Shown piece after piece: positions 59,162 through 64,000 of a DNA stretch of 64,000 nucleotides. The translations under genes were made by a program, and so were the position numbers. Position 1 is the first letter of the stretch. Every line of letters begins with the position of its first letter. The notes beneath the pieces are model-generated. The model saw nothing but the letters and a program-made list of their open reading frames with translations. It was not told the origin of the DNA and searched no databases. This stretch comes from an uncultured Streptococcus sp. (lineage in GTDB: Bacteria; Bacillota; Bacilli; Lactobacillales; Streptococcaceae), in the NCBI GenBank assembly GCA_963533195.1, contig CAUSOG010000002.1, forward strand, positions 18,853-82,852, in the 5' to 3' direction.

Positions 59162-59692
59162 CTATTTTTTGTCAGGAATTGGCGCCATCTGCATGAACAT
59201 CTGACGTCCATCCATCTTAGGCTTTTGCTCAATGATAGCAACATCCTGAGTCGCTTCAGCAAAATCTGCTAAAACTTTAGCCCCGATTTCTTTGTGGGTA
59301 ATCATCCGGCCTTTGAAGCGGATAGATACCTTTATTTTATTTCCTTTTTCAAGGAACTTGCGTGCGTTGCGAAGTTTAGTGTCAAAGTCTCCCTTGTCGA
59401 TGGTTGGACTGAGACGGACTTCCTTCACAGTAACAACACTTTGTTTCTTGCGTTGTTCTTTTTGTTTTTTCTGGTACTCAAATTTGAACTTGCCATAGTC
59501 CATAATTTTTGCAACAGGTGGTTTAGCTTGTGGCTGAATCAGGACCAAATCGACATTTGCTTCATCCGCAAGAGACTGCGCTTCGCTCAGCGGTTTAATA
59601 CCTAATTGTTCGCCGTCAAGACCGATCAAGCGAACTTCACGCACACGAATTTCATCATTGATGAATAAGTCTTGTTTTGCTATGGTTTTCAC
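59162..59692 (-). CDS. infC: Translation initiation factor IF-3 (true start possibly ATA at 59683)
   Basis: [28 protein letters not shown]. Confidence 0.98.
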   Translation of the reverse strand: MKTIAKQDLFINDEIRVREVRLIGLDGEQLGIKPLSEAQSLADEANVDLVLIQPQAKPPVAKIMDYGKFKFEYQKKQKEQRKKQSVVTVKEVRLSPTIDKGDFDTKLRNARKFLEKGNKIKVSIRFKGRMITHKEIGAKVLADFAEATQDVAIIEQKPKMDGRQMFMQMAPIPDKK

Positions 59693-59704
59693 CTCTTTTT
59701 TTAT

Positions 59705-59835
59705 TTTTAGAGAAAAACAAGTGCGGACCTGCTAACGCAAACCCGCACTACACGATAGTATTTCATTACTGAAACTGAATCCTGTAGAGCCAGACAACGT
59801 TAGTCGCAAGGCGAGAAGCTCTCACTTCTGCTTTT
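59705..59835 (-). promoter_or_regulatory. L20 leader (ribosomal protein autoregulatory RNA)
   Basis: AAGCAGAAG..CTTCTC and GTGCGG..CCGCAC hairpin with U tract upstream of infC-rpmI-rplT. Confidence 0.75.
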
Positions 59836-59865
59836 CTCAACTCTACTATCATACCAAGTTTCATT

Positions 59866-60543
59866 TTATTTGTCAATGATTTTTTTCGCTTTTTCTTCGA
59901 TAAAGGCAACAACTTCAGAAATGCCAACGCCCGTAGTATCAAAATGCAGGGCATCATCAGCCGGTTTTAATGGCGAAACCTCGCGGTGACTGTCCTTATA
60001 ATCCCGCTCTGCAATTTCTTCTTTCAGTTTCTCCAAGTCAGCAGGAATGCCTTTGGACAAGTTTTCTTTGTAACGGCGCTCAGCTCTTTCGTCAACAGAG
60101 GCTACCAGATAAATCTTGAGCTCAGCCTGAGGCAAGACAACCGTTCCAATATCACGGCCATCCATGACAATCCCTCCCTGAGCTGCAATTTGCTGCTGCA
60201 AGGCCACCAGTTTCTCACGAACTTGAGGAATGGCAGATACCCAGGAAACGTTATTAGTAACTTCATTTTCCCGAATCGGGTGAGTCACATCCACATCGCC
60301 GACAAAGACTAGCTGCTCGCCATCTTCCGCTCGGCCAAAACTGACCGAATGATTATTGAGCAAGTCTACAATTTCAGTGGCGTCTGCTTCTGTCAGATGA
60401 TGCCGCAGAGCCAGATAGGTTGCAGCCCGGTACATGGCTCCTGTATCTAAATAAGTATAGCCAAAGTCCTTGGCAATAATCTTGGCAACGGTCGATTTTC
60501 CACTGGAAGCTGGACCGTCAATCGCAATTTGAATCTGTTTCAT
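59866..60543 (-). CDS. cmk: Cytidylate kinase
   Basis: [28 protein letters not shown]. Confidence 0.97.
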   Translation of the reverse strand: MKQIQIAIDGPASSGKSTVAKIIAKDFGYTYLDTGAMYRAATYLALRHHLTEADATEIVDLLNNHSVSFGRAEDGEQLVFVGDVDVTHPIRENEVTNNVSWVSAIPQVREKLVALQQQIAAQGGIVMDGRDIGTVVLPQAELKIYLVASVDERAERRYKENLSKGIPADLEKLKEEIAERDYKDSHREVSPLKPADDALHFDTTGVGISEVVAFIEEKAKKIIDK

Positions 60544-60552
60544 GGCTGGCTC

Positions 60553-60990
60553 CTACTCAATCTTCACAACATCACCTGGATTGGCATACCAAGAACCAGT
60601 TGACATATGAGAAGGGTTAAGCTGTTCAAGCTTGGCAATAGAAATACCTGCACGCGCCGCAATAGCTGCTTCTCCTTCGCCAGGCTGAACAGTCAGAGTC
60701 CCTTCAGATGATTCTGTGGTATTTGCCGCTGGCTGCTCTGCTGTAGAAGACGCTTCACTGCTGGAACTTGCTGCTGAAGTGCCGTAGAAACCTTCCATTT
60801 GGGTCTGTCTATTACTTCCCCCAGTAGACAGATAGGTCAAGAAGCACACCACCGCAACCACTAAAATACAGAAAATAATGGTTAATATGGTCAACAAACG
60901 ATCAGCATTCAAGGCGCTAAATTTCTTGGTTCGTTTCAACTTATCTTCTCCGTTATCGTATACATCTTCTTCCCATGGTTCTTTTTCCAT
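60553..60990 (-). CDS. Membrane-anchored protein with C-terminal LysM-like domain
   Basis: One TM helix, Ser/Thr linker, TVQPGEG..IAARAGISIAKLEQLNP. Confidence 0.8.
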   Translation of the reverse strand: MEKEPWEEDVYDNGEDKLKRTKKFSALNADRLLTILTIIFCILVVAVVCFLTYLSTGGSNRQTQMEGFYGTSAASSSSEASSTAEQPAANTTESSEGTLTVQPGEGEAAIAARAGISIAKLEQLNPSHMSTGSWYANPGDVVKIE

Positions 60991-61029
60991 GACTTCCTCC
61001 TTGAGTTTTTCTTAAAATCTTATTACAAT

Positions 61030-61233
61030 ATGGGTATGAAAGTAACACTCATTCCCGAACGGTGCATTGCCTGCGGGCTTTGTCAAACCTACTCAGATCT
61101 TTTTGACTATCATGACAATGGCATCGTCAAATTTTACCAGGACGACCAGCTCCTAGAAAAGGAAATCGCTGAGGATCCCGATGTCGTGGAAGCCATCAAA
61201 AACTGCCCAACCCGAGCTCTTTTGAAAGACTAG
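61030..61233 (+). CDS. Ferredoxin
   Basis: CIACGLC..CPTRA. Confidence 0.9.
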   Translation: MGMKVTLIPERCIACGLCQTYSDLFDYHDNGIVKFYQDDQLLEKEIAEDPDVVEAIKNCPTRALLKD

Positions 61234-61718
61234 GATTTTTTGGACTGACTGCCATAGTAAGCTTCAAAATAATCAATATGGGTAAAATTATCTACTAATT
61301 CTACCTCACCCTTAAAATGCTCATTAAGGGCCAGGGCATTGACAAAATATTTCTTAGGCCACTTACGCATACAAAAACTCCGGCTGCGGTTCTGCCCTTT
61401 AAAATATAAGGTAATAGACGTCTTGGTCACTTCGACTTTTTCAATAACTGAAATCTTGACCTTTATCGGAGTAAAGGGATTAGCTGTGATAATTCGCAAG
61501 GTTCCATCATCATAAATAGTAAAATAACGATGAACTCCCATTCCCAACAAAACCATGAACAAGAAGAAAGAAAACAGAACAAGAGTCGGCACTCGTGAGC
61601 TTTCATACATCAAAGCCAGGCCAACAAAAATCGGAATGACCGATAAAGACCAATATATTATCAGGATAGCTACATCTGGCTGCCAGTGATAGCGAACCTT
61701 ACCGAAAATCTTTATCAT
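61230..61718 (-). CDS. ebsA: EbsA family membrane protein
   Basis: MIKIFGKVRYHWQPD..IIYWS; two TM helices. Confidence 0.8.
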   Translation of the reverse strand: MIKIFGKVRYHWQPDVAILIIYWSLSVIPIFVGLALMYESSRVPTLVLFSFFLFMVLLGMGVHRYFTIYDDGTLRIITANPFTPIKVKISVIEKVEVTKTSITLYFKGQNRSRSFCMRKWPKKYFVNALALNEHFKGEVELVDNFTHIDYFEAYYGSQSKKS

Positions 61719-61824
61719 GCTCACACCCCCATACTACTAGTTTAGCATAAATTAAGAAAAAATAGAACAGGTAGACTTGCCTATTCTATTTTTTATTTAT
61801 AAATTTTAAGTTTAGAAATATTAT

Positions 61825-63237
61825 TTAGAAAATTTGAGTAAAGAAGTAAATTATATAAGTAACCAAAGGAAAGTACGTCACAACTACTATACCATTGAGA
61901 AATGTTCGTTTAAGTTTTGCTATATTGGGTATAAATGTCAGTAATAGCAAGCTATAGGCGATAAAATACCTTTGTTGAACTCCTTCAATTATATCAGAAC
62001 CAACGAGAGAAAATTGAAGATATAAAATAAGGAAGGTGGATAAAATAATCGCAAAGAAAGAGAATATTTTGCCTATTTGAATTAAATTGAATTTTTTAAT
62101 ATCTATTTTAGTCACTCTATATTCTTTTTCTTGATAAAGCCAACTGAGTCCATAGGCAACATAATACAGTATAGAAACTAGGATAGGAGGCTTTTGATAA
62201 GTCACTTCCTCTGCATACCCTAGCTGAATCACTGTATAATCATACGAGAAAATCTCTCGAAGATACATGCTTATAAATTTAAAAATATTTGAAAAAATAT
62301 GAGATAACTGCTTAAAGGTATTTACATTTCTCCCAAAATAAGCACCTGTATTTACATCCTTTATCAATACAATCAATAGTAATGAACAAAGTATTGAGAA
62401 GAATAAAGTAAATAACAGAAAAAAATTTATAAATCTACTAGTTAGCTTTTCTTTATTTGCAAAATAGAGCATCGGGAAAACAGATATTATAATTAAGAAA
62501 GCTGGTACTTTAGCTAGAGAAACTAAGATAATCGATATTCCTAGTTGTATTGCATCTAACTTTTGAAAAGTTTTTAACTTTGCTACTTTATAGGTGACTT
62601 TAGTTAAACAAGCTACAAAAAAAATGATAGAAACATTTGTAAAAACATCAGCTGAAATAGCGCTGTTTGTTAATAAGATTGTAGGATGAAGACTTAGCGC
62701 AGCAATTGTCCACTTACTAAATGGCATTATTCGAATTGACAATATTAAAACGAAAAAGGCAAAGGTCAATCCGGATAATCTCATAAAAATGAATTCAGTT
62801 GCTGGAGTTAAATGCAAAATTTTATTCAATAAGGCAATCAAGACATAGGGAAAGTAAACAAGAGGATGATAAGGAACGGCATTGGTAGCCGCTTGAAATC
62901 TGTTTTTTTCAGAATACTGTAATTTACCAACCTCTGATAAAGGATATAAACCAAACGTATGGTTAGGCCCATTTTTTATAAAATAATCCATAAAAGATTG
63001 CTGATTTTCTGATACCATTCCTCCAAATAAAGCCATATTCCCATTATCATTTTTGTAAACATCTCCATTACTAATTTGAATCGCTCTATAATAATGAGAT
63101 TGTTCATCCATCCAAGATCCGGGATTTCTATATAGTACTGCACCTAAGGCGATAACAAAACTAATACAAAGTGCTATAAAAACATGGCGAGCATATGTTT
63201 CCTCTTTTATTCCTAATAATTTTTCAATTCTCTCCAT
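61825..63237 (-). CDS. Polytopic membrane protein (DUF2142-like, possible GT-C glycosyltransferase)
   Basis: DEQSHYYRA, ISADVF, GVQQRYF motifs; many TM segments; AT-rich. Confidence 0.7.
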   Translation of the reverse strand: MERIEKLLGIKEETYARHVFIALCISFVIALGAVLYRNPGSWMDEQSHYYRAIQISNGDVYKNDNGNMALFGGMVSENQQSFMDYFIKNGPNHTFGLYPLSEVGKLQYSEKNRFQAATNAVPYHPLVYFPYVLIALLNKILHLTPATEFIFMRLSGLTFAFFVLILSIRIMPFSKWTIAALSLHPTILLTNSAISADVFTNVSIIFFVACLTKVTYKVAKLKTFQKLDAIQLGISIILVSLAKVPAFLIIISVFPMLYFANKEKLTSRFINFFLLFTLFFSILCSLLLIVLIKDVNTGAYFGRNVNTFKQLSHIFSNIFKFISMYLREIFSYDYTVIQLGYAEEVTYQKPPILVSILYYVAYGLSWLYQEKEYRVTKIDIKKFNLIQIGKIFSFFAIILSTFLILYLQFSLVGSDIIEGVQQRYFIAYSLLLLTFIPNIAKLKRTFLNGIVVVTYFPLVTYIIYFFTQIF

Positions 63238-63264
63238 TTATGTACTCTCCTAATATATTTATTA

Positions 63265-64000
63265 TTAATACTCCGCATTAAATTGATAAATTCTATTTCC
63301 GTCTTTATCAGGACCATATAGGAGTTGGAATCCTTTCCCAAACCTGATCGCTAAATCTCGACTTGAAATAACATAGTTAACATGTAACTCTTTTAAAGTT
63401 GCAGTGTTGACTTGCATATCTAAGACATCTGGACTACTGTTAGACATACTTACTTTATCATCAACTAAAATCGGCTTAATATGAGCATAACGATTCCACT
63501 CGTTAACATATTCACCATTGGTATCTATCTTCTTCATTTCTTCTATATCCGGATAAAAGCGAACACCATTAATCATTTTTGCTCCAAACATTTGTGGATA
63601 ATCATAAAGCATGTTGTTGTCTGTCAACCAAATAGATTGTGGATTTCTTTTGACCATGTCTTTAATTGCTATTCCTAGCTTTTTATTCTCAACAACTGCT
63701 GTTCCTCTAACAATTGGATTCACTGTAAAACCAGTTAATAAAGATAAAATTAACATAGATAGAGTAAATAGTTTCTTATATTTTAAAATTCCTAGCAAAA
63801 ATGTTAAGAAAAGCAGAAAAGCTGACAGTAATATATAGCTTCTTGAGATATAATCCTTATAAACTTGATTGTAAGATATCAAATAGGCAAAGAGAATAAA
63901 ACTAAGTATACTTATAGGCAGAAGAACTTTAAAAAGCTTCTTGCATTCCATTTTCCAAACAAAGTCAATAAACCAAAAACTAATAAATACTGCTATAACA
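63265..64000 (-). CDS. Membrane protein, probable cell-wall polysaccharide locus (5' part outside window)
   Basis: Frame stays open from 63951 to window end; TM segments, VNPIVRG, WNRYAH. Confidence 0.65.
   Translation of the reverse strand, partial: VIAVFISFWFIDFVWKMECKKLFKVLLPISILSFILFAYLISYNQVYKDYISRSYILLSAFLLFLTFLLGILKYKKLFTLSMLILSLLTGFTVNPIVRGTAVVENKKLGIAIKDMVKRNPQSIWLTDNNMLYDYPQMFGAKMINGVRFYPDIEEMKKIDTNGEYVNEWNRYAHIKPILVDDKVSMSNSSPDVLDMQVNTATLKELHVNYVISSRDLAIRFGKGFQLLYGPDKDGNRIYQFNAEY

Overview
64-kb streptococcal chromosome segment (gene content and order suggest the S. sanguinis/gordonii group; this is an inference), almost all on the minus strand. The housekeeping backbone comprises hisC with a His T-box, addA/rexB, a neopullulanase, rlmD(rumA), an LCP gene, the aro/phe/tyr cluster, ltaS, pullulanase, ligA, queT with a preQ1-II riboswitch, spxR, murA, metK with an SMK box, infC-rpmI-rplT, cmk and the end of a cell-wall polysaccharide-type locus. 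The key feature is an AT-rich island (~13.9-27.1 kb) between the rlmD 3' end and a truncated phosphotransferase gene. It encodes a class I lanthipeptide system (lanB, lanC, peptidase-less ABC exporter). Two small genes missed by the ORF track belong to it: a 44-aa precursor (19774-19908, proposed core VKHTGGSGGCSSTPSCH) and a 42-aa PhrA-like pheromone precursor (20056-20184, ...NGVDPGPANG...). The island also carries a TprA/PlcR-like receptor, an M13 peptidase and an AT-rich RsgA GTPase. No LanP or LanI/LanFEG was found. A nested IS630-in-IS1182 remnant separates the receptor from the pheromone gene.
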